Virus record (IMG/VR): IMGVR_UViG_3300003876_000001
Location: 1 to 64,000 of that record
Origin: an uncultured virus (IMG/VR IMGVR_UViG_3300003876_000001)
Lineage: Duplodnaviria > Heunggongvirae > Uroviricota > Caudoviricetes
Strand: one strand, 5' to 3'
DNA: 64,000 nucleotides
Positions 34,946-45,527 of this stretch are shown in pieces. Under the pieces are notes generated by a model. It ran no database searches and was not told where the DNA came from. It saw only the letters and a list, made by a program, of their open reading frames with translations. The number at the start of each line of letters is the position of its first letter. Position 1 is the first letter of the stretch. Made by a program: the position numbers and the translations under genes.

Positions 34946-37042
34946 TCATTCCATTATGCTTGGAGCAGGACTTTTTGGTCTTACAAGTTCATATTTAGTT
35001 TCAAAATGATTAAATTTATCGTGTAAATTATAATATTTTTCTAAGTCTTTATTATCAACATTATAATTTAATCTATCTAAAACTTCAATTATTTGTTCCT
35101 TTTTCATTTGAGAATTTTGGGATAGATATTTTGATAATTCTATTAATAATATTTTATTTTCATTTAAACACTTTTCGGCTTCTTTATAACATTCATTAAC
35201 CCAAGTTTTTGCCTCAATATCTGTTGCTTGAGTATCTTTAAATTCATTATATTGTGTTGGTGCATTAGGAATACCAAATGCACTATTTTCAGATAACATA
35301 CCATATCTTTGTGCTGCAATTAATGCATTATTAGTTGCTCTTACTAAATCACTTTCAGAACCACTAGATTGGAAATCTTCACCAAAAATCATTTTTTCAG
35401 CAATCATCCCACTTAATGATACAATAATATCATTTTCATACCAAGTTTTTAAATGCATACTAGGTTGTTTTGAATTAGTAAATGCATTATCACTTTCACT
35501 TGTTTTACTTACAATAACTTGTGGAATGATACCCATTATTAACATACACGTTACTGCATGTCCACTTTCATGTACAGCATTTAATAATTGAATCTCACTA
35601 CCATCAGATTTTCTTCTATTTTCTAATTTTAGTTTAACATCATATTTTTTATTTAATATGGTTTTATTTTTATGAACAAAATCAATAATATGATAAGCAT
35701 CTTCATCATATTCAAAAGACCAATTTATTTGATCCACATCTTTACTAGAAATAGCAATATCCAATGTAATTTTACTCATTGTTGATTCAATCATTGAATT
35801 GATTGTTGTAAATACTGGTCTTGTTCCTAATGTTGGAAATACACCTTCTTTATATAGGATGTCATTAATAGAATCATCGAAATTAACATCAATTTCAAAT
35901 CTTTCCATTATATCATTTTTTACTCTATTTAATTCTAGATTAATTAAATCTCTATATGTTTGAGAACTAAATGCTTTGTAAATAATATGATTATTTCCCA
36001 ATCTACCTATTTGTTCAACTCTAAATCTGGTTTTTAATGATGCTTTAATTTCACTTAAACCGATTGATAATGAATGTTTATGGAAATCATCTGCATTATT
36101 ATCTGGTGAAACTTGTGATGTCATTTGATATGCTTCATCTAAATTACCTATAATGAATATACAAGATTTAGTATAATCATATAATCTAGGTTTAAAGACT
36201 ACTTTTAATTTTAACTCTAATAAATCGATAGTTTGTTTTGCATTTAAATTTTTAAATGCTTCATATATTAAATTTTCAGAATAATATTCATCATTAAAAC
36301 AATTCTTCATTGAATAAATATATGATGATGGTATAACGAAGTTTTCAGGTATGCTACTTCTTTTTACCATTTTTTTATTAGAACCACTACCTGTTGTTTG
36401 AGGTTCGGCTATTTCTTCTTCTTCAACTTCATCATCAAGATCAAAAATATCTTTAAATTTATTTAATCCTTTTGTAATAATACCATTTTCAACTTCAACA
36501 CCTTCATTAACACATTTTTCTAATTTATAAACAAATCTCATTATTTCACCACCAGACCAACTATAATCAATGTGTTCCAATTTACCAGAATCAAGTAAAT
36601 CCCATATAACCCTTAATCCTGATTTTTGAACTTCAGCACCATTTTCATCGATAGTTCTACCTAATTGGAATTCATCAAACATTACAGCAACAGGTTTATT
36701 TTCTTTATCTTTTAAATCTCTACTGAAAACATGTGATAATGAACCATCACCCTGACCAGCATAATCACCAACATTAAATTTATATATAATGTCGTCTAAA
36801 TTAATATGTTTAAACATAGCTTGAACTAGTGATGTTTTACCAACACCAGTTAAACCCCATAAATTAATAATAGTTGGTCTTATTTGACCTTCTGGAAATA
36901 GATACCAAGATTGAATATCATCTAATAGTTCATCTATTACATCATCAATACCAACAAATTCTTTTTTTAAATTTATTTTAGCATTATTTAGAATTTCTTT
37001 TTTTTCAAGAATTTCTCTTTTTTTCTCTTTTAATATTTTCAT
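34946..37042 (-). CDS. AAA+ ATPase fused to M41-type Zn peptidase
   Basis: GLTGVGKT, MFDEFQ, HESGH, LSGMIAE, SGSESDL..AT. Confidence 0.82.
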   Translation of the reverse strand: MKILKEKKREILEKKEILNNAKINLKKEFVGIDDVIDELLDDIQSWYLFPEGQIRPTIINLWGLTGVGKTSLVQAMFKHINLDDIIYKFNVGDYAGQGDGSLSHVFSRDLKDKENKPVAVMFDEFQLGRTIDENGAEVQKSGLRVIWDLLDSGKLEHIDYSWSGGEIMRFVYKLEKCVNEGVEVENGIITKGLNKFKDIFDLDDEVEEEEIAEPQTTGSGSNKKMVKRSSIPENFVIPSSYIYSMKNCFNDEYYSENLIYEAFKNLNAKQTIDLLELKLKVVFKPRLYDYTKSCIFIIGNLDEAYQMTSQVSPDNNADDFHKHSLSIGLSEIKASLKTRFRVEQIGRLGNNHIIYKAFSSQTYRDLINLELNRVKNDIMERFEIDVNFDDSINDILYKEGVFPTLGTRPVFTTINSMIESTMSKITLDIAISSKDVDQINWSFEYDEDAYHIIDFVHKNKTILNKKYDVKLKLENRRKSDGSEIQLLNAVHESGHAVTCMLIMGIIPQVIVSKTSESDNAFTNSKQPSMHLKTWYENDIIVSLSGMIAEKMIFGEDFQSSGSESDLVRATNNALIAAQRYGMLSENSAFGIPNAPTQYNEFKDTQATDIEAKTWVNECYKEAEKCLNENKILLIELSKYLSQNSQMKKEQIIEVLDRLNYNVDNKDLEKYYNLHDKFNHFETKYELVRPKSPAPSIME

Positions 37043-37637
37043 ATTTGTTTTTTATTACTATATTTATTTTTTTCTTTAAATTCGATATCATAATAATATT
37101 TATATTATTCTAATACTTAATGGGTAATCATTTATATCTACAAAATATATTTGAATAATATCACACTTTTGTCTAGAATGAAAAAAGTTTTTTTATCTTA
37201 TAATCACAAATATATATATATTATTTTAATTTTGATATTTTCCAACAATATAAACATGTAATTGTTTTATTACTACCATCATACTCGTGTGGGGTTGTTA
37301 TTCCTTCTGAAAAGTTTTTAATAATATCACCATTAAATTCTTTTCTACATTGCCTACTATCACATATTTGTACAAATTTAAACTTTCTACCACTATATAT
37401 TTTTTTTCTCATAAAATAAATAATATAACTTTTTAAATTTCTTTACAGAAAAAAACTATTTATTATAAATAAAGTAATTATTTTTATTCTGATTAATGTC
37501 AAAAGGTAATTATTGGCGAAGTTAATAAAAAGATATCTAAAATACAAGAAAAATATTTATTTATGTTAAATCACATGATTTTCATAAAATCAAATTTCTT
37601 AAATAATAGCAATATATAACACTAAATTATAATTGAA

Positions 37638-38090
37638 ATGAACCCAGTTTGTAAAGAAGAATTTAAAAAAGCGAAAAATCTAATTAAGTTAAGAATAGAT
37701 GATATTGGTTCACATATTAAACCTGATATTCAAAATCTTGATTCTGGAATTTTTTTACAATTTTTTGAAAATTGGGAAGATATTGTTAAGGTATATAATG
37801 GTACTAAAATCGGTATTAAAAGAAGAGTTTTTGATGTTTTAAATAAAGAGAATATTGAGGATGTTATTATGTATTTTGCTAATGATTTTGAGGTTAAAAG
37901 TTTTGAATTAGAGTATGATGTTCTTTATATTAATCTTGATGGGTCTTTCGACTTTATTGTTGATGGTGAGATTATACATATGAAACCATTTTCTGTTGTA
38001 AGTTTTATGAAAGGAACAAAATTAGAAATTCAAAATTTTGATGATGTTAATTATCTTATTAGTATTAAGTTCAAATCACCACTCTTTTAA
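37638..38090 (+). CDS. Hypothetical protein (possible cupin-like C-terminus)
   Basis: 150-aa ORF. Confidence 0.5.
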   Translation: MNPVCKEEFKKAKNLIKLRIDDIGSHIKPDIQNLDSGIFLQFFENWEDIVKVYNGTKIGIKRRVFDVLNKENIEDVIMYFANDFEVKSFELEYDVLYINLDGSFDFIVDGEIIHMKPFSVVSFMKGTKLEIQNFDDVNYLISIKFKSPLF

Positions 38091-38279
38091 AGGGCAAGTT
38101 GCATTCTCACACCTAACTTTAGCTGGCATAAAACAACCACACATACCACATCTTTTATTATCTTTTAATTTAGGACATTCTAAACAAATTTTCATACGTT
38201 TAGTTGCTAATTTTTCTGCTTTTTCATTCAGAAAAATATAATTCTTCCAACCCATAATAATTTCATTTAATTGTGACAT
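38076..38279 (-). CDS. Small Cys-rich protein
   Basis: RMKICLECP, CGMCGCFMPAK, CPL..W. Confidence 0.65.
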   Translation of the reverse strand: MSQLNEIIMGWKNYIFLNEKAEKLATKRMKICLECPKLKDNKRCGMCGCFMPAKVRCENATCPLKEW

Positions 38280-38486
38280 ATTATTGTGATATATTTTCTA
38301 GTGTTTTAGATAATGCAACAGCAGCATCATCAATTGTAATTTTATACTTTTTTGCTATTATATTTAAAAGCATTTCAATATCTTTTTTATTATCTGTTAA
38401 TAATAAATTTGGAGATATAATACGATGATTTTCTTCGATTTTTTTATTTTTCATAATTGTAAAATTAATTAAAATTTTTCATATAA

Positions 38487-40577
38487 TCAACTATAAATAA
38501 TTCTACCACCACCTCTAATGATGAGTCCATATTCTGGATTATTAATTGATTCATATTTTGCATTATGTAAAACTTCTTGTGAATTAAATGCAATATCATA
38601 AATTCTTAATTTTTGAATACCACCAATATATGATGAATCAAAATTTTGTTGAACCAATAAATTATCTTTTGTTGAATCTTGATTTAGAATATCAGAACCA
38701 ATATATTTAAAATTATTGATATATAATTTACCATCTTCAGTGATTGGTACTGTTGATTCAATTAATATTCCAACACGAAAAATTTGATTACTCGTATTCT
38801 TTTTAGTTTCTATCTTGGCTTTTAATCTATGCCATTCATCTTCACCAGTAACAATTGAATTTTCCAAATCTTGTTGAAGAATAGCTAGATTAGCACTATT
38901 AATAATAGGATAACCAGTTGTACCGTCAATTAATAAACCTGTTGCTTCATCTTCATATTCAAATACTGATTTATGAATAGGAAATGGTGCATCAATATTC
39001 AAATCTTCTTCTGTTATAGGTTGTTTATATACTACATCACTAATAATTGATACATCTTCAGTTCCATACACAACCAAACTAATCGAACTTACAACAGTTT
39101 CATTATCAAAATTTGATTGAAATATTCCATTATTATATATATCAACACTAAAATCGTAATCCCTATTACTTATTAATTCTATTGGTTCTGAAAATTCAAT
39201 AAAATATTCATTTAAAGTATTTCCAGTTGCACCGCTATATGCTGTTTCCATTACTGTAATTGTAGTACCAGTTGTTGGATCACAATCATCTTCAATCATG
39301 AAAGTATTATTATTTTCTAATAGGATAAGAGAATTACCTGTTGCTCCTGTTGTTATTGGTGGTATTATATTACATGTATCATCAACTAATGGATTATCTG
39401 TTACAATAAAATAGTTATCAATATATTGTCGTGTTTGCCCTGTATATAATTCATATGTTTCTAAATCATAATGCCATGAATGTTTTAATCCAAAAGAACC
39501 ACCACCCCAACTTATATTATATGGAAGACCGATAACTTTTTCACCATGATTTTTAATATCTACAAAATAATATTCAGAATAATCGTTTAGTGTCCAGAAT
39601 AATCTACCATTAACATAAAATTTTAATGTTCCTAATCTTCTTTCTGCACATTTTAATTCTTCAGGATCAAGAATTATATCATCTGGTGTAAATACATGTG
39701 TTATAATTGTCCAACCAGTTGTTGGAATTATTTGTGGTGATGTTTTTATTACTAAAACACCTTCATCATTAATTCTTTTTATTCGAAGTCTTTTATCTGT
39801 TGTTATTTCAAATGCAATTATATTTTCAAATGTTGCATCTTTAGGTTGTTCTATTTCTTTAGTTTCAAATGCATCTTGAAAGTCAGCGAATGCTTCTTTT
39901 CTAACTTCTTCCTCTAAAAATGCATTTAGATAATGTATTTTACTTGTGGTTACACCACTAAATCCTGTTGTAGAATTTAAAATTTGATTATATTTTCCAA
40001 CAATACCTGTTTTTACCTTTTCTACGGTTGTTTCGGTAATTAATTTTGTTTCACCAGAAAAGAATGAATTATATTTATCTTCTGCTCTTGCACCCATTAA
40101 ATAAAAGATACCTGAAGAATTTACATCAATTCTTATAATATTTTCAATTGTAATACCTTCACCATATCTAGGTGGAAGTATTTCATAATTTTCATCTTGT
40201 AATTTAAAAAATCCGTTTAAATAACCACCATTCAATTCAAAGTAGTTTCCTACTGTTGTACCTGTTGTTACACCACTCATTGAATAGAGGTCATAGAAAG
40301 TACCACCAGTAGCATTATTATACCCTACTCTATATAAATTTAATTTCACATCGTCAGGTATTAATGTTAGATCGGCTTTCATATCATTAACTCTTCCATT
40401 ATCGTAACCCATTAATCCAAAATCATATAAATATATATTATCTGATACAGCACCAGACCATGTATTTAAACTAATAGATGTATATGCTGTGTTTAAATTC
40501 CATGAATTTATATCACTAACATCTATGTGTATTGCGAGTCTATCGCTAATTATATTATTATAACATTCTAGATTCAT
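38487..40577 (-). CDS. Putative virion structural protein (LamG-like elements)
   Basis: LKFYVNG, ISWGGGS, YIGGIQKLRIYD; TATTTATA upstream of MNLEC start. Confidence 0.55.
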   Translation of the reverse strand: MNLECYNNIISDRLAIHIDVSDINSWNLNTAYTSISLNTWSGAVSDNIYLYDFGLMGYDNGRVNDMKADLTLIPDDVKLNLYRVGYNNATGGTFYDLYSMSGVTTGTTVGNYFELNGGYLNGFFKLQDENYEILPPRYGEGITIENIIRIDVNSSGIFYLMGARAEDKYNSFFSGETKLITETTVEKVKTGIVGKYNQILNSTTGFSGVTTSKIHYLNAFLEEEVRKEAFADFQDAFETKEIEQPKDATFENIIAFEITTDKRLRIKRINDEGVLVIKTSPQIIPTTGWTIITHVFTPDDIILDPEELKCAERRLGTLKFYVNGRLFWTLNDYSEYYFVDIKNHGEKVIGLPYNISWGGGSFGLKHSWHYDLETYELYTGQTRQYIDNYFIVTDNPLVDDTCNIIPPITTGATGNSLILLENNNTFMIEDDCDPTTGTTITVMETAYSGATGNTLNEYFIEFSEPIELISNRDYDFSVDIYNNGIFQSNFDNETVVSSISLVVYGTEDVSIISDVVYKQPITEEDLNIDAPFPIHKSVFEYEDEATGLLIDGTTGYPIINSANLAILQQDLENSIVTGEDEWHRLKAKIETKKNTSNQIFRVGILIESTVPITEDGKLYINNFKYIGSDILNQDSTKDNLLVQQNFDSSYIGGIQKLRIYDIAFNSQEVLHNAKYESINNPEYGLIIRGGGRIIYS

Positions 40578-40731
40578 TTTGGTATTTTGTTTTCTATAAA
40601 TACTTCTTAATATAAACAAGTATTTATAGAAAACAAAATTTTATGGAAAAATTATCAATATATATATATTATTTTCCTATTAAACAAATTTGAATCATAT
40701 AAAGATTCAATATATTAGTATTTATAATAAT

Positions 40732-41676
40732 ATGAAGAAAGTTTTTACTAAAAATATAATAACAAATCAAATTAACGAGGTGGATTTACCACCAGCATTA
40801 TTAGATGTAGTAGATTCACAAATGTCTATGAAAAAAAATAAATCATTTAAATCTCGTAATGAGAATAAAAAAGACAAAAAAAATCCTAGATATTGGTCAG
40901 CACCTTATTGGGATAAAAATCCAGTAACAGATATATTAAATGAAATTATTGAACCAGATTCTGTTGATGTCAAAGATTTACATTTAAAAGATGAACTATC
41001 ACCTAAAATTTGGTGTGATGATAGTATGGATGATGAAGTTAGAAAAGTTCTATTAAAAAATGCATTAGAATTTATTAAATATTCAAAAATTGATAATCAA
41101 AAATTTAAAGATATTACTGTTACTGGTAGTATGGCAAATTATAATTATGGTAAAAATTCCGATATTGATGTTCACATATTAATGAATTTTGATCAAATTT
41201 CTGAAGATAAAGAATTTGTTGGTGAGTATTTTAGAAATAAAAAAAATCTATGGAATGAAACATATCCAGCTAAAATAAAAGGTCATGATGTTGAACTTTA
41301 TATACAAGATATTTCTGAACCACATACATCAACAGGTGTATATTCATTAATGAATAATGAATGGTTAACTAAACCAATAAAAAAAATGATTGCAATTGAT
41401 ACTGTAAATGTGCAATTAAAAGCTGCACATATTATGAATGCTATTGATGATCTTAAAGAAACACATAATAATGTTGATGTTGTTGGTAAAGTTGATAGTC
41501 TTATGGAAAAAATTAAACTAATGAGAGAGGATGGTTTATCTAAAGAGGGTGAATTTTCAACTGAAAATATAGTATTTAAAGTATTAAGAAACAATGGTTA
41601 TTTAAAAGACCTTGTAGATATTAAGAAAGATTATTTAACAAAAGAATTAACTTTAGAGGGTGATTTTTTTAATTAA
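40732..41676 (+). CDS. Nucleotidyltransferase (Pol beta superfamily)
   Basis: TGSMANYNY..SDIDVHI; VELYIQD. Confidence 0.75.
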   Translation: MKKVFTKNIITNQINEVDLPPALLDVVDSQMSMKKNKSFKSRNENKKDKKNPRYWSAPYWDKNPVTDILNEIIEPDSVDVKDLHLKDELSPKIWCDDSMDDEVRKVLLKNALEFIKYSKIDNQKFKDITVTGSMANYNYGKNSDIDVHILMNFDQISEDKEFVGEYFRNKKNLWNETYPAKIKGHDVELYIQDISEPHTSTGVYSLMNNEWLTKPIKKMIAIDTVNVQLKAAHIMNAIDDLKETHNNVDVVGKVDSLMEKIKLMREDGLSKEGEFSTENIVFKVLRNNGYLKDLVDIKKDYLTKELTLEGDFFN

Positions 41677-41687
41677 AAATAAAGTAT

Positions 41688-41942
41688 ATGAAATATATTA
41701 TTAAAGAAAGTCAAATTAATGAACTTATCCAAAGAAAACAAGATAAGAAAATAGTAAGTAAAATTATTGCTAAAATTGATAAAGTGAATAAAAATTTAAA
41801 TGAAAGTATTATTATAAATGAAGCTGTAAGTGATATATTAAAAATTTATAATAAAAAGGGATTAATAAATAATTACATTAAAGATCAACTAATAAATTCA
41901 GGAAAAGTAACAGAATCACAATTAAAAAACATAAAATTATAA
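41688..41942 (+). CDS. Hypothetical protein
   Basis: MKYIIKESQ-type small late protein. Confidence 0.55.
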   Translation: MKYIIKESQINELIQRKQDKKIVSKIIAKIDKVNKNLNESIIINEAVSDILKIYNKKGLINNYIKDQLINSGKVTESQLKNIKL

Positions 41943-42484
41943 TAAAATGTTTTTTTCCTTTAAAAATAGTATTTATAAAAAAATGCGAACAATTTTATAA
42001 AAGACTTAAAACATTATCTGGTATTACACCAATAGCCGAGTCAAAGAATGAAACTAATACCAAAACTCTTATTGGATTTGAAAGAGCAGACAATGGGACT
42101 GCTTATGGTATTGTAAAAGAAAATCATAATTATTTCATAAAGAAAGCATTAGTAAAAGAAGGTGACGTAAAAGTAACAGATTTTACATATATTGATGGGG
42201 TAGAAAACAAAGGTAAATATCAATACGGAAGTATTGCTGAAGCAGAAAAACAAAGAAATTTCTATCTTAATGGTATTAATGAAGCATGGGATCAAGGTGG
42301 TGTTTATTTTGTAAACGAAACTAAAGAATCCAAAACACCTTCATTAGATACTGAAGAAAATTTTTCTACTTTAGTAAAGAGAACCATATCAGAAGGAAAA
42401 AAAAACATAGTTCAGAGTAGAGAAAAAAAATTTAAAGCTACTCTTCCAGAAAATCAAACAGAAAATAGTAAAACAAAAGGTTTA

Positions 42485-44968
42485 ATGCCAGAAGCTGCTG
42501 ATTTAGCAGTTAAGAATGCATTGGGTATTGTAAGTGAAGAAGCAGTGGTTACTGCTGATTCTGAAATTAAAGATGGTGATATCATGTCTGATAAAAAAGG
42601 TAAAGAAGCACCTCAAGCACCTATCAATGATAAAAATGCTAAAGCTAAAGCTGAAAAAGCAACAGGTACAAGTAAAAAAGATGCCAATAAGAAACCTGCT
42701 GCTGGTGATTCAATAGCTGTTAATCAAGCTGATAAAGTATTAAAAGAAGAAGCTAGTCCTTTAGTGACTGATGATTCTGAAATTAATGATGCTGATAATG
42801 TTGCTGATAAAGTAAATCAAAAACATGAACCCTCACAAGCACCTATCAACGATACTAACGCAAAAGCAGAAGCTGATAAAGCAACAGGTAGTAGAAGTAC
42901 AAGTTCAGCAATTCAAAATAATGTAGAAGAACAACCTGAAAGTGATCCATTTGATGATAAAGAAAATGTTGGTGATGGAAAAGGTGATATTGTAACTGAA
43001 GGTCATGAACATAAAGATAGTGAACCTTTTGATGATAAAGCTAAACTTAATACTAGTGGTGATATTGTAGCTGCTGATTCAGATGAAAAGGATGTTGATA
43101 GAGTTGATGATGAAACAAAACATGAAAACCCTGATGCTGATTATAATAATTATAATCAACCTGAAAAAGGTCAAAAAGAAGAAAAGGGTGAACCATTGAA
43201 AGATACTGCTAAGGAAAAAGTAATTGGAGAAGGTGAATCTTTAATTGTTAAAGATTCTGAAATTAAAGCTGCCGATGCTCTTGCTGATATGACAAAAACT
43301 AATTTACCAAAAAAAACAAGTAAATCAGAGATTGTTGCAGATTCAGATATGAATCCAAAAGAAACATTAGCAAATAAAACAACAACAAATTTACCTGATG
43401 CAATTGCAGAAGGTATTGATGATGATGATGATGCAGATGCTGCTGAATTAGCTAATATAGAAGCTGCTGCTGGTGATGCACAAGCTGCTGCTAAAGCAGA
43501 CATGTCAGAAGGAGAATCATTAATTACTAAAGATTCACATATTAAACCTGCAGATTCTATTGCTAATCAAGATAAGGGTGGTGATATTGATTATAATGTT
43601 GGAAAACTAGTACAAGGAACATCACTTCATATGAATGATAATGCAATTGCTGAAGCAGAAGAAGCTGGTGAAGAAATTGATGCTGCTGCAAGTGCTCTTG
43701 ATGATTTAGATATTGCTACCGATGCAGAAGAAACTGCACCAGAAATGAGTACTAGTGAAGAACCTGTTGATACTGAAATGGGTGCTGAATTAGGTGGTGA
43801 AATGGGTGATGAAATACCTGATGAAGAAAGTGAAGAAGGAAATGCAGAAAACCTTGCAGTTCAAGAAATTGAAAAATTAGTAGGTAAGGTTACTGAAAAA
43901 ATTAGAACAACTAATTTAGAACCAGAAACTGCTGAAGGTTTCTTGAAATCAGTAGTCACATCGTTTAAAGATAAGTTACCTGAAATTGATTTAGATGCTA
44001 GAGAAGAAGTGGCTAAAGACATAAAAAATCCAGATCAAATGGGTGGTCATACTGATGGGAATGTTGCACCAGAAATGGGTGGTGAAGAAGAAGTTGCACC
44101 AGAAATGAGTGGTGAAGAAGAAGTTGCACCAGAAATGAGTGGTGAACCAGCTATGGATACTGCTGAAGAACCACAAATGGAAGAAGATGCACCTATTGAA
44201 ATTAATGGTGAACCTAAATTAGATGATGCTATTCCTGATGGTGAAGGTGCTGGAAGTACTTTTGAAACATATATGGAATCAAGAGGATATTCTAAAGATA
44301 ATCTTGAAGAATGTTCAGATTCTGAAATGGGAAGCATTATGAGTGGTTATGCTACTGAAAATGGTGAAGGTTTAGGAGAATCTGATTACCAAGAAATTGG
44401 TAAATATATGAACGATAATGTTGCAACTGAACTTATTGAATACGGTCATGGTGAATTTGCTAATAAAGTAAAACCATTTATGGAAGGTGAAGGAATGAGT
44501 TTTGGTATGACAGAACCAACATTACCTGCAATTGAAATGGAAGAAGAAGGAATTGCAGATGAAATTGAAGATGTTGATGGTATTGAACATGCAGAAATAG
44601 ATGGTGGTGAAAAAGCTGGTGCGGTTTCAATAGGTGAACCTGCCGATGAACCAGTAGATGTTGCACCTGCAATGGGATTTGCAACAGATACTGAAGTTAT
44701 GGGTGCTGGAATGCCAAGACCAGATAATGGACTTGCTCCTAAAACAAAATCTGTTGAAGTTGATGTTAATGCTGGAACTGTTAAACTTGAAGTTACCGAA
44801 GGTGAAAATAAGGTTAGAAAATATGTTAAAGAAAAATTAGAAGAACTTGCAGGTAAGAAGAAAATGAATATCAATGAAAGTAAGAAATCAGATAATTTAA
44901 AAAAATTAGATAAACTTATTGAACAACAATGGAAGATGCTTGGTGAAAGTGTTAAAAAATGTGTATAA
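42485..44968 (+). CDS. Large acidic low-complexity protein (frame open from ~41987)
   Basis: D/E-rich with EEEVAPEM repeats; located in the head module. Confidence 0.7.
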   Translation: MPEAADLAVKNALGIVSEEAVVTADSEIKDGDIMSDKKGKEAPQAPINDKNAKAKAEKATGTSKKDANKKPAAGDSIAVNQADKVLKEEASPLVTDDSEINDADNVADKVNQKHEPSQAPINDTNAKAEADKATGSRSTSSAIQNNVEEQPESDPFDDKENVGDGKGDIVTEGHEHKDSEPFDDKAKLNTSGDIVAADSDEKDVDRVDDETKHENPDADYNNYNQPEKGQKEEKGEPLKDTAKEKVIGEGESLIVKDSEIKAADALADMTKTNLPKKTSKSEIVADSDMNPKETLANKTTTNLPDAIAEGIDDDDDADAAELANIEAAAGDAQAAAKADMSEGESLITKDSHIKPADSIANQDKGGDIDYNVGKLVQGTSLHMNDNAIAEAEEAGEEIDAAASALDDLDIATDAEETAPEMSTSEEPVDTEMGAELGGEMGDEIPDEESEEGNAENLAVQEIEKLVGKVTEKIRTTNLEPETAEGFLKSVVTSFKDKLPEIDLDAREEVAKDIKNPDQMGGHTDGNVAPEMGGEEEVAPEMSGEEEVAPEMSGEPAMDTAEEPQMEEDAPIEINGEPKLDDAIPDGEGAGSTFETYMESRGYSKDNLEECSDSEMGSIMSGYATENGEGLGESDYQEIGKYMNDNVATELIEYGHGEFANKVKPFMEGEGMSFGMTEPTLPAIEMEEEGIADEIEDVDGIEHAEIDGGEKAGAVSIGEPADEPVDVAPAMGFATDTEVMGAGMPRPDNGLAPKTKSVEVDVNAGTVKLEVTEGENKVRKYVKEKLEELAGKKKMNINESKKSDNLKKLDKLIEQQWKMLGESVKKCV
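44062..44146 (+). repeat. 30-bp coding tandem repeat (VAPEM(G/S)GEEE)
   Basis: gttgcaccagaaatg(g/a)gtggtgaa x3. Confidence 0.8.
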
Positions 44969-44978
44969 ATAAATTAAT

Positions 44979-45476
44979 ATGAGTACAGATAAACTAAAAC
45001 TCATATATATTCTCAAAGTTGGTAAGAATTCCAAAAATGAGGGTGTCTATGAGTTTATTTTTTCAGATAATCCTGATAGTATTAATGCTGATATATGGGA
45101 AATGTGGAATTGGGATAGATCACCAGCGATAGAACATAAAGAATATAGTGTCCCAGACTCTGAATATATTTCTAAAGTATTTTCATTAACTACAAGTGAT
45201 TTTACGTTGTTTTGTCTACATGATGCTGTTGATAGACCCTATATTCATGGTTATCATTTGATACATGCTTTAGCATATGAAGATGAAGATATTGATTCTC
45301 CCGAATATGAAAGTGAATTTAAAGATTATGATGAAATGTTTGAAAATAATGATGATTTACCTTTATTAGTTTTTCATTATGGAAATACATTAAAAGATGT
45401 TGAAAATAAATTATATGAAAGAAATATTATCTTAAAAGGAGAAAAATTTATTAACACAAGTGCACTCACAAAATAG
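44979..45476 (+). CDS. Hypothetical protein upstream of terminase
   Basis: 165-aa ORF. Confidence 0.65.
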   Translation: MSTDKLKLIYILKVGKNSKNEGVYEFIFSDNPDSINADIWEMWNWDRSPAIEHKEYSVPDSEYISKVFSLTTSDFTLFCLHDAVDRPYIHGYHLIHALAYEDEDIDSPEYESEFKDYDEMFENNDDLPLLVFHYGNTLKDVENKLYERNIILKGEKFINTSALTK

Positions 45477-45527
45477 AATACACCTAAAACTCACAAATTA
45501 AGTATTTATAAACATATAAATTTATAA

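Noticed and set aside
40732..41676. CCA-adding enzyme (most tRNAs here lack an encoded CCA)
   Set aside because: Only a generic Pol-beta motif; class II CCA motifs (RRD, EDxxR) not seen
43171..44874. Several Ser-rich antisense ORFs
   Set aside because: Mirror of GAA/GAT-rich codons in the acidic protein
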